The notes under the pieces are model-generated. The model saw only the letters and a list, made by a program, of their open reading frames with translations, had not been told where the DNA came from and did not search any database. A stretch of DNA of 64,000 bases from Verrucomicrobiales bacterium (lineage in GTDB: Bacteria > Verrucomicrobiota > Verrucomicrobiia > Limisphaerales > CANJXF01). A program made the position numbers and the translations under genes. Positions within the stretch are counted from its first letter, which is position 1; each line of letters opens with the position of its first letter. The DNA lies in assembly GCA_947478865.1 (NCBI GenBank), contig CANJXF010000009.1, positions 33,463-97,462 on the forward strand. Direction: 5' to 3'. Shown piece after piece: positions 44,418-54,652 of the stretch.

Positions 44418-45710
44418 ATGTCACGATTGCCGTTTGAAGCATTCCTCGCTCTGCGTTACCTGCGGCCTCGCCGGACTTTTGTTTCTGTGATCACGGTGAT
44501 TTCAATTATCGGGGTCATGCTGGGGGTCGCGGTGCTGATTATTGTAATCAGCGTCATGAGCGGATTCGACCAGGAATGGCGCAGTCGAATTCTTGGCTTC
44601 AATGCGCACTTGAAAATAACCCAGGTGGATCCAGCAAACGGACAGTATCTTGCCCTGACAAATTTCGATTCGATCCGGAGAATTGTCAGCTCAAACCAGA
44701 GTGTGACTGGCGTCGCGCCATTCATCACCGGGCAAGTTCTTTTGCAGACACAGCCATCGCAAGGAAATCCAAAATTTCTCGCTCCGTTGCTGCGCGGAAT
44801 CGATCCCAAGCTCGAAGCGGGCGTTAGCGTTTTGCCCAAAAGCATCGTGGCGGGTGAATTTGATTTGACCGGAAAAGGCCTGGTGGTCGGTAGCGAGTTT
44901 GCGCGCGGAATGGATTTGCGCATCGGTGATCGCGTGGCGGTCTATTCGCCGAGCAGCATCCAAAAATTGTATGAAACCCGACGGAATCCGGATGCTGAGA
45001 AACCGATGGCCGAAGAGTTCATTATTCGCGGAGTTTTTGATGTGGGCTATGGCGAATATAACGCATCGATCGTCGCAACCTCTCTTCAAAAGGCACAGGA
45101 ACTTTGGGAGTTCGACGAAAATTCTGTGCATGGACTGCAAGTGATGTTGCGCGATCCATTTCAAGCCGAGGTAGTGCGCAACGAACTGAAGGGAAGGCTT
45201 GGCCCGAACTTTAACATTCTCACCTGGCCGGAGGAGAATCCGACCATTTTCAACGCGCTGGCCGTGGAAAAGAACATGATGTTTTTTCTCCTGTTCTTCA
45301 TCATGATCGTCGCCGGCTTTGGTATTGTGAATTGCCAGATTACTTTCGTGGTTCAGAAGACTCGCGAGATCGGAATTCTCAAAGCCCTCGGCGCGAACAA
45401 CCGCCAGATCCTCTGGATTTTCCTGAGCCAAAGTGTGGTTGTAGGTGTTCTTGGAGTGGGTCTGGGATTCGGCATTGCAATGCTGGCCTTGGGTTATCGA
45501 AATGAATTTCTTGCGTTCATGAATCGCGCGGTCGGTTTCGAATTGTTACCGGCGGCCATCTACCAGATCGACAAACTTCCGGCCTCCATTCAACCGGGTG
45601 ATGTCAGCATCATTTGCGGGACCGCCTTTATCACCTGTGTTCTCGCGGGACTTTTCCCGGCCTGGAAAGCCAGTCGATTGCAACCCGTGGAGGCGCTGCG
45701 CTATGAGTAA
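44418..45710 (+). CDS. lolE: Lipoprotein-releasing ABC transporter permease (LolC/LolE family)
   Basis: MSRLPFEAFLALRYLRPRR..FVSVITVISIIGVMLGVAVLIIVISVMSGF and a C-terminal FtsX-type domain (...REIGILKALGA...). Start at the internal Met (44418). Confidence 0.85.
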   Translation: MSRLPFEAFLALRYLRPRRTFVSVITVISIIGVMLGVAVLIIVISVMSGFDQEWRSRILGFNAHLKITQVDPANGQYLALTNFDSIRRIVSSNQSVTGVAPFITGQVLLQTQPSQGNPKFLAPLLRGIDPKLEAGVSVLPKSIVAGEFDLTGKGLVVGSEFARGMDLRIGDRVAVYSPSSIQKLYETRRNPDAEKPMAEEFIIRGVFDVGYGEYNASIVATSLQKAQELWEFDENSVHGLQVMLRDPFQAEVVRNELKGRLGPNFNILTWPEENPTIFNALAVEKNMMFFLLFFIMIVAGFGIVNCQITFVVQKTREIGILKALGANNRQILWIFLSQSVVVGVLGVGLGFGIAMLALGYRNEFLAFMNRAVGFELLPAAIYQIDKLPASIQPGDVSIICGTAFITCVLAGLFPAWKASRLQPVEALRYE

Positions 45711-46428
45711 ATTTCCCGAAACTTCCACTGTGAAACCAGCACCAGCCAACCAGAAACCTTTGCTCGAAACGCGCGACGTTCACAAAATCTACACGATGGG
45801 CGAAAGGAAACTCGAAGTGTTGCGCGGCATTACCATGTCGGTAAACGCGGGAGATTTCGTCGCCTTGCGCGGCGCGTCCGGCGCGGGGAAGAGCACTTTG
45901 CTCCATTTGCTGGGCGGGCTGGATTTGCCCAACAGCGGCGAGGTTTATTTCGCCGAAAAGAATCTGAGCCGACTTTCCAACACCGACCTGACGCATCTTC
46001 GAAACACTCGCGTTGGTTTTGTGTTTCAGGCGTATCATTTGCTGCCCGAACTGAGCGCGCTGGAAAACGTTTCCCTTCCGGCGCGAATGGCTCGAATGAA
46101 TCCGGCGCAGGCGGTGGCGCGCGCCGGCGACTTGCTGAAACGCGTTGGGCTCGGAGAGCGATTGGATCATCGGCCCTACGAACTTTCCGGTGGAGAACAG
46201 CAGCGCGTGGCGATTGCCCGGGCATTGATTAACGAGCCGGATTTGGTTCTGGCCGACGAGCCCACGGGCAATCTGGATTCGCACACCGGCAGCGAGATCA
46301 TGGACCTGATTTGCTCGTTGCGAGATGAGCGGAACGTTACGTTGGTGATCGCGACCCATTCCGCGCGCCTCGCCGCCCGAGCGCTGAGGGTGATCGAGTT
46401 GGAAGACGGCGCAATTAAAACGGCTTAA
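45703..46428 (+). CDS. lolD: Lipoprotein-releasing ABC transporter ATP-binding protein
   Basis: Walker [19 protein letters not shown], signature [15 protein letters not shown], Walker [13 protein letters not shown]. 8-nt overlap with lolE. Confidence 0.88.
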   Translation: MSKFPETSTVKPAPANQKPLLETRDVHKIYTMGERKLEVLRGITMSVNAGDFVALRGASGAGKSTLLHLLGGLDLPNSGEVYFAEKNLSRLSNTDLTHLRNTRVGFVFQAYHLLPELSALENVSLPARMARMNPAQAVARAGDLLKRVGLGERLDHRPYELSGGEQQRVAIARALINEPDLVLADEPTGNLDSHTGSEIMDLICSLRDERNVTLVIATHSARLAARALRVIELEDGAIKTA

Positions 46429-46458
46429 CCGCAACCGCCGCTTCATCGAGAAAATCAA

Positions 46459-47043
46459 ATGCAAAACACAGATTGGGAATTGCGATATCAAACCAAGGAC
46501 ATGCCTTGGGAAAAGGGTGAGCCTTCGCCGGGCTTGGTGGACTTTTTTAATCTGCATGCGGAAATAAAACGCGGAAACGTTTTGGTTCCAGGCTGCGGAA
46601 CGGGACACGATGCTCGCGCTTGGGCAAAAGCCGGTTTCAATGTCACCGGCTATGACATCGCGCCCAGTGCCATTGCGCTTGCACACGAAAAAACCCATGC
46701 CGCAGGCTTGGACGCCGCCTTTGTTGTGGGCAATTTTCTCCAGGACCAACCGCCGCAACTGTTCGATTGGATTTTCGAACATACTTTGTTTTGCGCGATA
46801 GCCCCGGCGCTCCGCGATGATTACGTCCGAGCCGTTTTTCGCTGGCTGAAACCGGGCGGACACTATCTCGCGGTAAATTATTTGATTCCCGACACGGAAG
46901 GCCCGCCGTTCGGAACGACGCGCGACGAGCAGCTCGAAAGATTTTCACCGCATTTTGAATTGATCAAAGAATGGGTTCCGCGCTCCTACGAAAATCGGAC
47001 GGGACAGGAACGCATGTTTTGGTGGAGTCGAAAACAACCGTGA
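46459..47043 (+). CDS. SAM-dependent methyltransferase, thiopurine/halide methyltransferase (TPMT)-like
   Basis: W..RY....MPWEKGEPSPGL and the SAM motif VLVPGCGTGHDARAWAKAGFNVTGYDIAPSAI. Confidence 0.75.
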   Translation: MQNTDWELRYQTKDMPWEKGEPSPGLVDFFNLHAEIKRGNVLVPGCGTGHDARAWAKAGFNVTGYDIAPSAIALAHEKTHAAGLDAAFVVGNFLQDQPPQLFDWIFEHTLFCAIAPALRDDYVRAVFRWLKPGGHYLAVNYLIPDTEGPPFGTTRDEQLERFSPHFELIKEWVPRSYENRTGQERMFWWSRKQP

Positions 47044-47054
47044 AAAATGGCGCG

Positions 47055-47345
47055 ATGAGCGAGGAGGAAATCAACTCTCCTGACGATCAGTCCGATGAGC
47101 CGCCGGTTCCTATTTCCAAAGCAGTTTTGTTTTTTGTCCTATCGATATTGTGGGTGTTCCCGTCGATTGGAGCCGGTTGGCTGATTGGGGCTGATTTCCG
47201 CAGTTGGCTCGCTGCGAAGAGCGTTATGGCTGCTCTCTCTGCGGTGAAATTCGAGCAGTGGCTAGCGCTCTTGTTGCTTTGTTTGCATCTCGTTTTTGTG
47301 ATTCTTGCGCTCCGTTTTCGGTCTCGTGAGAGAAGGATTATTTGA
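47055..47345 (+). CDS. Hypothetical small membrane protein (weak call)
   Basis: Acidic N-terminus followed by two or three hydrophobic helices (AVLFFVLSILWVFPSIGAGWLIG; WLALLLLCLHLVFVILAL). Start chosen at the ATG at 47055, after the upstream stop. Confidence 0.35.
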   Translation: MSEEEINSPDDQSDEPPVPISKAVLFFVLSILWVFPSIGAGWLIGADFRSWLAAKSVMAALSAVKFEQWLALLLLCLHLVFVILALRFRSRERRII

Positions 47346-47375
47346 CTTCACGCCATAGTCTCGGAATCTAAGGGC

Positions 47376-47621
47376 ATGCCGTTTTACGAGTATGAATTGT
47401 GCGAAGGCTCCTGCGTGGTGTGCAAAGGAAAATTCACCTTGCGCCGGCCAGCGAGTGCGCCCGAATTAACCAAATGTCCGGCATGCAAGAAGCCGGTGCG
47501 CAAAGTTCTTTCCATGTTTAGCTCGCCCATAAAGCTGAAGCCGCTCTCGGTTTCCGACGCGAAAAAAGCGGGGTTCACCGTCTTAAAGCGCGTGAATAAA
47601 GGCGAATACGAACGGCAGTAG
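47376..47621 (+). CDS. FmdB-family zinc-ribbon protein
   Basis: MPFYEYELCEGSCVVCKGKFT...LTKCPACKKPVRKV: the YEY..C and paired Cys-x2-Cys layout of the FmdB/CxxC_CxxC_SSSS family. Confidence 0.7.
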   Translation: MPFYEYELCEGSCVVCKGKFTLRRPASAPELTKCPACKKPVRKVLSMFSSPIKLKPLSVSDAKKAGFTVLKRVNKGEYERQ

Positions 47622-47759
47622 TTTCAGGTAGCACCTGCCTCCGCGAGTGCGAATTTCAAGAGTTTTGCGAGGTTCCATCCACCCCCACCTGCCGTCAGGC
47701 GCTCCGAGTCGTCCCAAAATCATCTTTCTCAAGCGCCCTTTCTGCCCCATGTTGGTTGC

Positions 47760-49259
47760 ATGTCTGCTTTAATCGCAATCGTGGGTCGTCCGAATGTTGG
47801 CAAATCGGCTTTGTTTAACCGAATTGTCGGCAAGCGCATTGCCATCGTCCATGACGAACCGGGGGTGACGCGCGACCGTATCAGCGTGGAAGCGGAATGG
47901 CACGGCCGCCCATTTACTTTGGTGGACACGGGCGGTATCGGTTTGCTTCGTGGGGAAAAAGCCCGTGACGTCATTACGCAGGCCGCTCTGGAACAAGTCG
48001 AACTCGCGATCGAAGCCGCCAACGTCATTATCCTTGTCGGCAATGTTCAGGAAGGCGTGGTGCCTCTCGATAAGGAAGTGGCCGAGCGCCTGCGCAAATC
48101 CCGTAAACCTGTTTTGGTCGCGGTCAATAAAGTTGATACGTTTCGCGCCGAGGCCGGTGCGGACGAATTCAGCCAGCTCGGTTTTGACAAAGTTTTTCCA
48201 GTGACCGCAATCCACGGCGAAGGCATCGACACGTTGATGGATGCGGCCATGGCCTATTTGCCCGCGACGCCCGAAGCGCCGGAACCGCTGGAGGGTGAGG
48301 TCGGCGAAGATAAAAAGAAGGACCGAGGCCCTCTGAAATTGGCCATTGTCGGTCGTCCGAACGTTGGAAAGTCTTCCATCATCAATGCTCTGACAAAATC
48401 GGATCGCGTGATTGTTAGCTCCATCGCCGGCACGACGCGGGATGCGGTCGATGTTCCGTTCGAAGTTGAAACGGAAGGCGTGCGCCAAAAATTTATTTTG
48501 ATCGATACCGCGGGCGTGCGGCATCAACGCCACGTCAACGATTCAATCGAATTCTACAGTGTGAATCGAACCGAGGAATCCATCGGGCGCAGTGACATTG
48601 TTGTGTTTGTAGTCGATGCCGAAGCGGGAATCACCGCGCAGGATAAGAAGGTTGCCGGAAAGATTATCGAAGAGAAAAAGGCGTGCATCGTCGTGGTCAA
48701 CAAGTGGGATTTGGTCGCGGAACGAGTTGCCAAGGCGCGCGTTGAGGAAATCGAACGTCGCGGACAAAAGCGCGTGCGCGATGACATCACTAAGCGGATG
48801 ACGACGCTTTCCGAATTCGCCGAGTGGGTGCAGAAACAACTTTTCTTCCTCGACTACGCGCCCGTTATTTTCACGTCGGCCACCTCGGGTTTCCATCTGG
48901 AACGGTTGCTCGAATCAATCCGGTACGTCGCAGCGCAACTGGAACAGAAGGTTCCGACAGCTATTTTGAATCGCACCTTGAACGATGCCATCATTCGCAA
49001 ACAACCGATCAGCGCGTCTGGAAATCGACTGAAATTCTTCTACGCCACCCAGGTTCGCCAGGCGCCACCGACGTTTTTGCTCTTCGTGAATCGCGATGAT
49101 GTTTTCTCCGATCAATACGCAAAATATCTTGCCGGAGAAATGCGCAAAGCATTCGGCTACGAAGGTTGCCCGATTCAACTGGTGCCCAAGCCGCGCCCAA
49201 AAACGATCGAGCCAAAGCGCAAATGGAGTTCCGCACCACGCGGCGCGAGCAAAGAGTAA
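47760..49259 (+). CDS. der: Ribosome-biogenesis GTPase Der (EngA), tandem GTPase domains + KH-like domain
   Basis: Two G domains: IVGRPNVGKSALFNRI...DTGG...NKVD and IVGRPNVGKSSIINAL...DTAG...NKWD. Confidence 0.93.
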   Translation: MSALIAIVGRPNVGKSALFNRIVGKRIAIVHDEPGVTRDRISVEAEWHGRPFTLVDTGGIGLLRGEKARDVITQAALEQVELAIEAANVIILVGNVQEGVVPLDKEVAERLRKSRKPVLVAVNKVDTFRAEAGADEFSQLGFDKVFPVTAIHGEGIDTLMDAAMAYLPATPEAPEPLEGEVGEDKKKDRGPLKLAIVGRPNVGKSSIINALTKSDRVIVSSIAGTTRDAVDVPFEVETEGVRQKFILIDTAGVRHQRHVNDSIEFYSVNRTEESIGRSDIVVFVVDAEAGITAQDKKVAGKIIEEKKACIVVVNKWDLVAERVAKARVEEIERRGQKRVRDDITKRMTTLSEFAEWVQKQLFFLDYAPVIFTSATSGFHLERLLESIRYVAAQLEQKVPTAILNRTLNDAIIRKQPISASGNRLKFFYATQVRQAPPTFLLFVNRDDVFSDQYAKYLAGEMRKAFGYEGCPIQLVPKPRPKTIEPKRKWSSAPRGASKE

Positions 49260-49422
49260 ATCGGCATCGCAACACTTCTGAAGGAATCCAACCCCGGAAA
49301 ATGATTTTGGGGACGCAACACAGCTGAGACAACTCTAGCGAATTGGAGATGGTGTAGCCGTTCCGGGAAAGTAACCCGCGATGGAGTGTTGCAATCGTCG
49401 ATGGCTGGGTCATGGTTGCTTT

Positions 49423-50034
49423 ATGGCTCGCAGGAAAATTATTGTTTCGCTGCTCCTTCTTTCCATCGGAATTCTCTGCAGCTGTCGCACGGATCGCCAG
49501 AATTGCGCATCGAGTCTTCTGAGCGATGGCATTGTGTCCAGCGTCGTAACCAATGCGCTCGCCGGCAAATCAAAATTGCCGTCATCAGGCGGCTTCGACG
49601 AATTTAAGCCCCTGTCCTACATGGTTAGAGCGGGCGGACCTCATAGCTATGTTTCCCTCTCAAAACCACCCTCATCGACTCCTGTTTCAATATCTTTCGT
49701 GAAATCCACTGATGACGGTTTAGCCTTTCGTCTTCTGAATGGGGAGGCTCATGCCATTTTGCTTTGGAATGTTCGCGTTCAGATCCGATCGGAAGGCCTC
49801 GGCACCGATGGATTCGGTTGGGATACGATTTACGATGATTCTCCCGATGGAGACAAAGCCGAGTTCCGAACAGGGGAATCCGGAATTTTCCGCGTGAAAA
49901 AGTCACGCGTAACCCCATGGCGGATCTGCATTCTTTACAGCACAGACTGGACGGACACCGGGACATTTTGGGGGAATTGCGAGGTGATTAGCGAGGAATT
50001 CGGTGAAGAGTTGTTGAATTTTTTGAGCGAATGA
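49423..50034 (+). CDS. Hypothetical secreted/lipoprotein
   Basis: MARRKIIVSLLLLSIGILCSCRTD (signal peptide with a lipobox-like LCSC). No recognised domain. The gene and its surroundings look more AT-rich than the neighbours by eye. Confidence 0.5.
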   Translation: MARRKIIVSLLLLSIGILCSCRTDRQNCASSLLSDGIVSSVVTNALAGKSKLPSSGGFDEFKPLSYMVRAGGPHSYVSLSKPPSSTPVSISFVKSTDDGLAFRLLNGEAHAILLWNVRVQIRSEGLGTDGFGWDTIYDDSPDGDKAEFRTGESGIFRVKKSRVTPWRICILYSTDWTDTGTFWGNCEVISEEFGEELLNFLSE

Positions 50035-50244
50035 AACCAGCTCTCAAATGCAGCCATTAAATGGGGCCAAAAACTCCCATTATGGTGAAATCTTTCGGAG
50101 ATTTGGAACGAATGATTCGGCGGCAACCAAGAATGGCTTTCAGCGATGACAATATTTCTATTTGCAGACTTAAAAGTTGTTCACATCGGGCAACGGGTCG
50201 TATTTCAATTTTCAGCCAAAAACCATCGAAATAAAGGGGTTTTT

Positions 50245-50314
50245 CAAGATTTTTAAGACCAATAATCTTGGGATAACTTTTTTTCAAAAAACTTCTTGTA
50301 ACCACTATATGTGG
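50245..50314 (+). promoter_or_regulatory. Two palindromes in the AT-rich nrdJ upstream region (candidate operator sites; regulator unknown)
   Basis: CAAGATT-N12-AATCTTG (50245-50270) and CCAC-TATAT-GTGG (50302-50314), lying 160-230 nt upstream of the nrdJ ATG. Confidence 0.25.
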
Positions 50315-50475
50315 TGCTAAGTTTTTGTCCGCTCCCAACCTGATGGGGTATTTGGAATCGGGATAGAACGAGATCATTTGCCCATTAAGAGGGAAAGTTG
50401 TGCCCGACCTGAGGTGGCTCAGGCGGAAACCGAGTCCGCAAAAAAAAATCCAAAATTTAGCTGAAAAATAAACCT

Positions 50476-53400
50476 ATGATTGACGCACGCGATCAAGTCA
50501 TCTCCTCCTCCAAAACGCACGCCCACCGTGGCGCGAAAGTTTCCTCCCGCAGCGGCAATCCACGCAAAGGCACTGGCGCCAAACGCACGCTCAAATTGGA
50601 GCGCATTTTCAGCGATGCGAAAGTGAAGCCATTTGACCAGATCGAGTGGGAAAAGCGGACTGCCGAAATCACCGACGATGCCGGTAAGGTGATTTTCAAA
50701 CAGGAAAATGTCGAGGTGCCGAAATCATGGTCTTTGCTCGCCACGAAAGTGGTTGTTTCAAAATATTTTTACGGCGAACAGAACACGCCGGAACGCGAAA
50801 CCTCGGTCAAACAATTGATCCATCGCGTCTGCCGCACCATCGCCGATTGGGGTATCTCTGACGGATATTTCAGCAAAGAAGATGGTGAGATATTCTATGA
50901 CGAAATGACGTGGCTCTGCGTCAATCAATGCGGGGCGTTCAATTCGCCGGTTTGGTTCAACATAGGTCTCTATCATCAATACGGCGTAGGAAAAGATTCT
51001 GCGAAAGGTAATTGGTTTTTCAATCGCAAGACCAAGCAAGCCGAGCGCGCTCCCACCCAATACGAATATCCGCAAGGCAGCGCCTGCTTCATTCAATCGG
51101 TGCAGGACAACATGGAAGACATCATGCGCCTGGCCTACAGCGAAGCGATGCTCTTCAAATATGGTTCCGGCACCGGCACCGATTTGTCGCCGATTCGGTC
51201 GAGCAAAGAAAAGTTGAGCGGCGGTGGGCGTCCGAGCGGGCCGATGTCGTTCCTGAAAGTTTACGATCAGGTCGCGAACGTCGTGAAGTCAGGCGGCAAA
51301 ACGCGTCGTGCGGCGAAGATGAACACCTTGCGCGACTGGCATGGTGACATCGAAGATTTTATCGATGCGAAACAGCGCGAAGAGAAAAAGGCGTGGGCGC
51401 TGATTGAGCAGGGCTACGACGGTTCCTACAACGGCGATGCTTACGGCAGCGTGATGTATCAGAACGAAAACCTTTCCGTGCGCGCGAGTGACGAATTCAT
51501 GCAAGCCGCCTTGGACGGCAAAGAGTGGTGGACCCGCACGGTCACCGGCAACAAACCGCTCCAGAAAAAAGACGCGAGCAAGCTGCTGGACAAAATTGCC
51601 GAAGGAACTTGGATTTGCGGCGACCCCGGCATGCAATATGACGGCGCGATTCAGAAATGGCACACGTGCAAAGGCACCGAGCCGATTCACTCGACGAATC
51701 CTTGCTCCGAATATGTTTTCCTGAACAACACGGCCTGCAATCTGGCTTCGCTGAACTTGATGAAGTTCAAACGTGCGGATGGCATTTTCGATATCGAACG
51801 TTTCAAAGCGGCGGTGCGAGTGTTCATTACGGCTCAAGAAATCGTCGTCGATCAAGCGAGCTATCCCACAAAGGAAATTGCCGAGAATTCGCATATTTTC
51901 CGCACACTGGGACTCGGATTCGCGAACCTCGGTTCGTTGATCATGAGCTACGGTTTTCCGTATGATTCCGACGAAGGTCGCGCTCTGGCTGGTGCCATCA
52001 CCGCCGTCATGACCGGACATTCCTACGAACAATCCGCCGAGATCGCAAATGTCATGGGCGCCTTCGATGGTTACGAAGATGCCCGTTGTTCCGGCGTGGC
52101 CAAACCGGTCAGCAAGAGCAACGTGGAATCAATGCTTGGCGTCATCAAATTACATCGCGAAGCGGTGGAACAGATTCAGCCGAGCAAAGAATTTACTTAT
52201 CTCAAAGACGAAGCCCGCCATTGCTGGGATCGCGCGCTGGCCGGTGGCAAAGAAGCTGGCTACCGCAATGCCCAGGTCACCGTGCTCGCGCCGACCGGAA
52301 CGATCGCGTTCCTCATGGATTGCGACACGACCGGCGTCGAACCCGACATCGCGCTCGTGAAATACAAGCTGCTCGCGGGCGGTGGCATGTTGAAGATGGT
52401 GAATCGCGGCGTTGGTGACGCGTTGCGTCGTCTCGGCTACAGCGAAAATCAAATTACCGGGATTCTCGCGCACATTGAAAAGCACGACACAATTGAAGAC
52501 GTGCAGGAAAATGGCGCAACGATCGCAAGCGGTTTGAAAACCGAGCATCTCGCCGTATTCGATTGCGCGTTCAAAGCCGCCAAAGGAAAACGCAGCATCA
52601 GCTACATGGCGCATTTGAAAATGATGGGCGCAACGCAGCCGTTCATCAGTGGCGCGATCTCCAAGACCGTCAATTTGCCGAATGAAGCGACTGTTTCTGA
52701 AATTCGCAATGCTTACATCGAAGCGTGGAAAATGGGATTGAAGTGCGTCGCCATTTACCGCGACGGCTCGAAGCGCTCACAACCGCTCAACACCAAGCGC
52801 ACCAACGAAGGCGGCGCGAATACCAATCCGGAAAGTTCCCGCGTCAAAGAACTCGAAAACGAAATCGCAAAATTGCGCGAAGTTGCCGGGCAACCGTTGC
52901 GCCGTCGTCTGCCGGATACGCGGAGTGCCATCACGCACAAATTCGATATCGCCGGTCACGAAGGATATTTGACCGTCGGTTTGTTTGAAGACGGGCAGCC
53001 GGGCGAATTGTTCATCACCATGGCGAAGGAAGGTTCCACCATCGGCGGATTGATGGACAGCATCGGCACCTTAACCAGCATGGCGTTCCAATATGGCGTG
53101 CCGCTGGAAGCACTCTTGCGGAAATTTGCGCACCAACGTTTCGAGCCGTCGGGCTTCACCAAGAACCCGGAGATTCGCAATGCGGCGTCGATTATCGATT
53201 ACGTCTTCCGCTGGCTGGCGCTGAATTTTATTCCAGGCTACCGCGAAGCGACCACGATTAGCTCTACCCAACCGGAATTGATCATGCCCGGTTTGGAAGA
53301 GGAATTGAAAAAGAAAATCAATCGTCCGGTGTCTGACCTGCCGCTTTCCGAAGACACGGACATCATTTCTTTGCGGCCGCTGAAATCCTTGAGCAACGGC

Positions 53401-53535
53401 CATGGGAAATCTACCTCCACTGGATTCGTGAACCAACTCGATGCGCCGACTTGCCCGAACTGCGGCCATGTCGCGGTGCGCAACGGTGCCTGCTACAAAT
53501 GTTTGAATTGCGGGGAGAGCTTGGGCTGCTCCTGA
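50476..53535 (+). CDS. nrdJ: Adenosylcobalamin-dependent (class II) ribonucleoside-diphosphate/triphosphate reductase
   Basis: Active-site finger loop TNPCSEYVFLNNTACNLASLNL, the conserved RNR barrel, and a C-terminal Cys-rich tail CPNCGHVAVRNGACYKCLNCGESLGC. Confidence 0.92.
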   Translation: MIDARDQVISSSKTHAHRGAKVSSRSGNPRKGTGAKRTLKLERIFSDAKVKPFDQIEWEKRTAEITDDAGKVIFKQENVEVPKSWSLLATKVVVSKYFYGEQNTPERETSVKQLIHRVCRTIADWGISDGYFSKEDGEIFYDEMTWLCVNQCGAFNSPVWFNIGLYHQYGVGKDSAKGNWFFNRKTKQAERAPTQYEYPQGSACFIQSVQDNMEDIMRLAYSEAMLFKYGSGTGTDLSPIRSSKEKLSGGGRPSGPMSFLKVYDQVANVVKSGGKTRRAAKMNTLRDWHGDIEDFIDAKQREEKKAWALIEQGYDGSYNGDAYGSVMYQNENLSVRASDEFMQAALDGKEWWTRTVTGNKPLQKKDASKLLDKIAEGTWICGDPGMQYDGAIQKWHTCKGTEPIHSTNPCSEYVFLNNTACNLASLNLMKFKRADGIFDIERFKAAVRVFITAQEIVVDQASYPTKEIAENSHIFRTLGLGFANLGSLIMSYGFPYDSDEGRALAGAITAVMTGHSYEQSAEIANVMGAFDGYEDARCSGVAKPVSKSNVESMLGVIKLHREAVEQIQPSKEFTYLKDEARHCWDRALAGGKEAGYRNAQVTVLAPTGTIAFLMDCDTTGVEPDIALVKYKLLAGGGMLKMVNRGVGDALRRLGYSENQITGILAHIEKHDTIEDVQENGATIASGLKTEHLAVFDCAFKAAKGKRSISYMAHLKMMGATQPFISGAISKTVNLPNEATVSEIRNAYIEAWKMGLKCVAIYRDGSKRSQPLNTKRTNEGGANTNPESSRVKELENEIAKLREVAGQPLRRRLPDTRSAITHKFDIAGHEGYLTVGLFEDGQPGELFITMAKEGSTIGGLMDSIGTLTSMAFQYGVPLEALLRKFAHQRFEPSGFTKNPEIRNAASIIDYVFRWLALNFIPGYREATTISSTQPELIMPGLEEELKKKINRPVSDLPLSEDTDIISLRPLKSLSNGHGKSTSTGFVNQLDAPTCPNCGHVAVRNGACYKCLNCGESLGCS

Positions 53536-53554
53536 GCTGATCCAACGCACAGCG

Positions 53555-53584
53555 GGGCCGGAATTATTTTCCGGCCCTTTTTTT
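53555..53584 (+). terminator. Rho-independent terminator of nrdJ
   Basis: GGGCCGGAA-ttatt-TTCCGGCCC followed by TTTTTTT, starting 20 nt after the stop. Confidence 0.7.
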
Positions 53585-53635
53585 GTACCCGCAATCGAGG
53601 TTGCGATGGTTTTCAACCGAAGCTAGGCTGCGTTT

Positions 53636-54652
53636 ATGATTGATGTGTTGGAAAACAAATCGCGGAGCGATGCTGATTTTGTGACGCGAAAACCGCTTCC
53701 GCCCGAACGGCTGGATGCGCTTTCCCGCGATATTCTCACGCGGAAAAAGGAGCTGAACGCGATTATTCTCGCGCACAATTATCAGGTTCCGGAAATCCAG
53801 GATGTGGCCGATTTCGTGGGCGATTCCCTTGGGCTCTCCCAACAAGCCGCGAAGACCAACGCCGATGTTATTGTGTTTTGCGGCGTTCATTTCATGGCGG
53901 AAACGGCGAAGATTCTGAATCCGAACAAAATCGTTATTTTGCCGGATAAAGATGCGGGTTGTTCGCTCGAAGAAAGTTGTCCCGCGCCGAAACTCAAGGC
54001 GTTGCAGGATACGAATCCAAACTTCTACACGGTCACTTACATCAATTGTAGCGCGGAAGTGAAGGCGTTGAGCGACGTTATCTGTACGAGCGGCAACGCG
54101 GTGAAGATTGTGAATGCCGCGCCCAAAGACCGCGATTTGCTATTTGTGCCCGATGAGAATCTAGGCGCGTGGGTGATGGAACAAACGGGGCGGCCGATGA
54201 CGCTTTGGCGGGGGAGTTGTTACGCTCACGTCGAATTTACCCATGCGGGAATCGTTCGCATTCGCCAGGAGTTTCCGGAAGCGCCGCTCGTTGCCCATCC
54301 TGAGTGCGTGAAGGCGGTTCGCATGTTGGCCGATGAAGTTTGCTCCACCGAAAAAATGGTCGATTTTTGCAAGCGGAGTCCGGCAAAAGCGATCATCATC
54401 GCGACAGAGGCGGGGATGATTCATCGCTTGCGCAAAGAATGTCCTGACAAGAGATTCATTCCCGCGCCGGTCGCAAATTGTCGATGTAATGAGTGCAAAT
54501 TCATGAAGATGAACACGCTCGAAAAGCTTTACGATTGCATGGTGAACCTGGAACCCAGAATTGAACTCAGCGAGGAAATCATCCGCCGCGCGCGCCTGCC
54601 GATTGAGCGCATGTTGGAAATTTCGTCCAAGCCGCTGGAAAACGCCGGCTGA
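53636..54652 (+). CDS. nadA: Quinolinate synthase
   Basis: ILAHNYQVPEIQDVADFVGDSL, FCGVHFMAETAKIL, and the conserved Cys ligands (CSLEE..., INCSAEVK..., CNECKFM). Confidence 0.92.
   Translation: MIDVLENKSRSDADFVTRKPLPPERLDALSRDILTRKKELNAIILAHNYQVPEIQDVADFVGDSLGLSQQAAKTNADVIVFCGVHFMAETAKILNPNKIVILPDKDAGCSLEESCPAPKLKALQDTNPNFYTVTYINCSAEVKALSDVICTSGNAVKIVNAAPKDRDLLFVPDENLGAWVMEQTGRPMTLWRGSCYAHVEFTHAGIVRIRQEFPEAPLVAHPECVKAVRMLADEVCSTEKMVDFCKRSPAKAIIIATEAGMIHRLRKECPDKRFIPAPVANCRCNECKFMKMNTLEKLYDCMVNLEPRIELSEEIIRRARLPIERMLEISSKPLENAG

Noticed and set aside
45631-46863. 410-aa ORF on the minus strand
   Set aside because: Antisense to lolD and the TPMT-like methyltransferase, both of which carry canonical motifs. 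No motifs of its own.
50302-50314. CCACTATATGTGG as a canonical NrdR box
   Set aside because: The arm spacing is CCAC-N5-GTGG, whereas the consensus I recall (acaCwAtATaTwGtgt) needs ACAC-N8-GTGT. The best forced alignment matches only about half the positions. Kept only as a generic palindrome.
50330-50455. Cobalamin riboswitch upstream of nrdJ (AAGAGGGAAAG resembles the GGGAA core)
   Set aside because: No recognisable B12 box or the GGTG/CCACTG elements. B12 riboswitches normally repress B12-independent enzymes, not the B12-dependent class II RNR.
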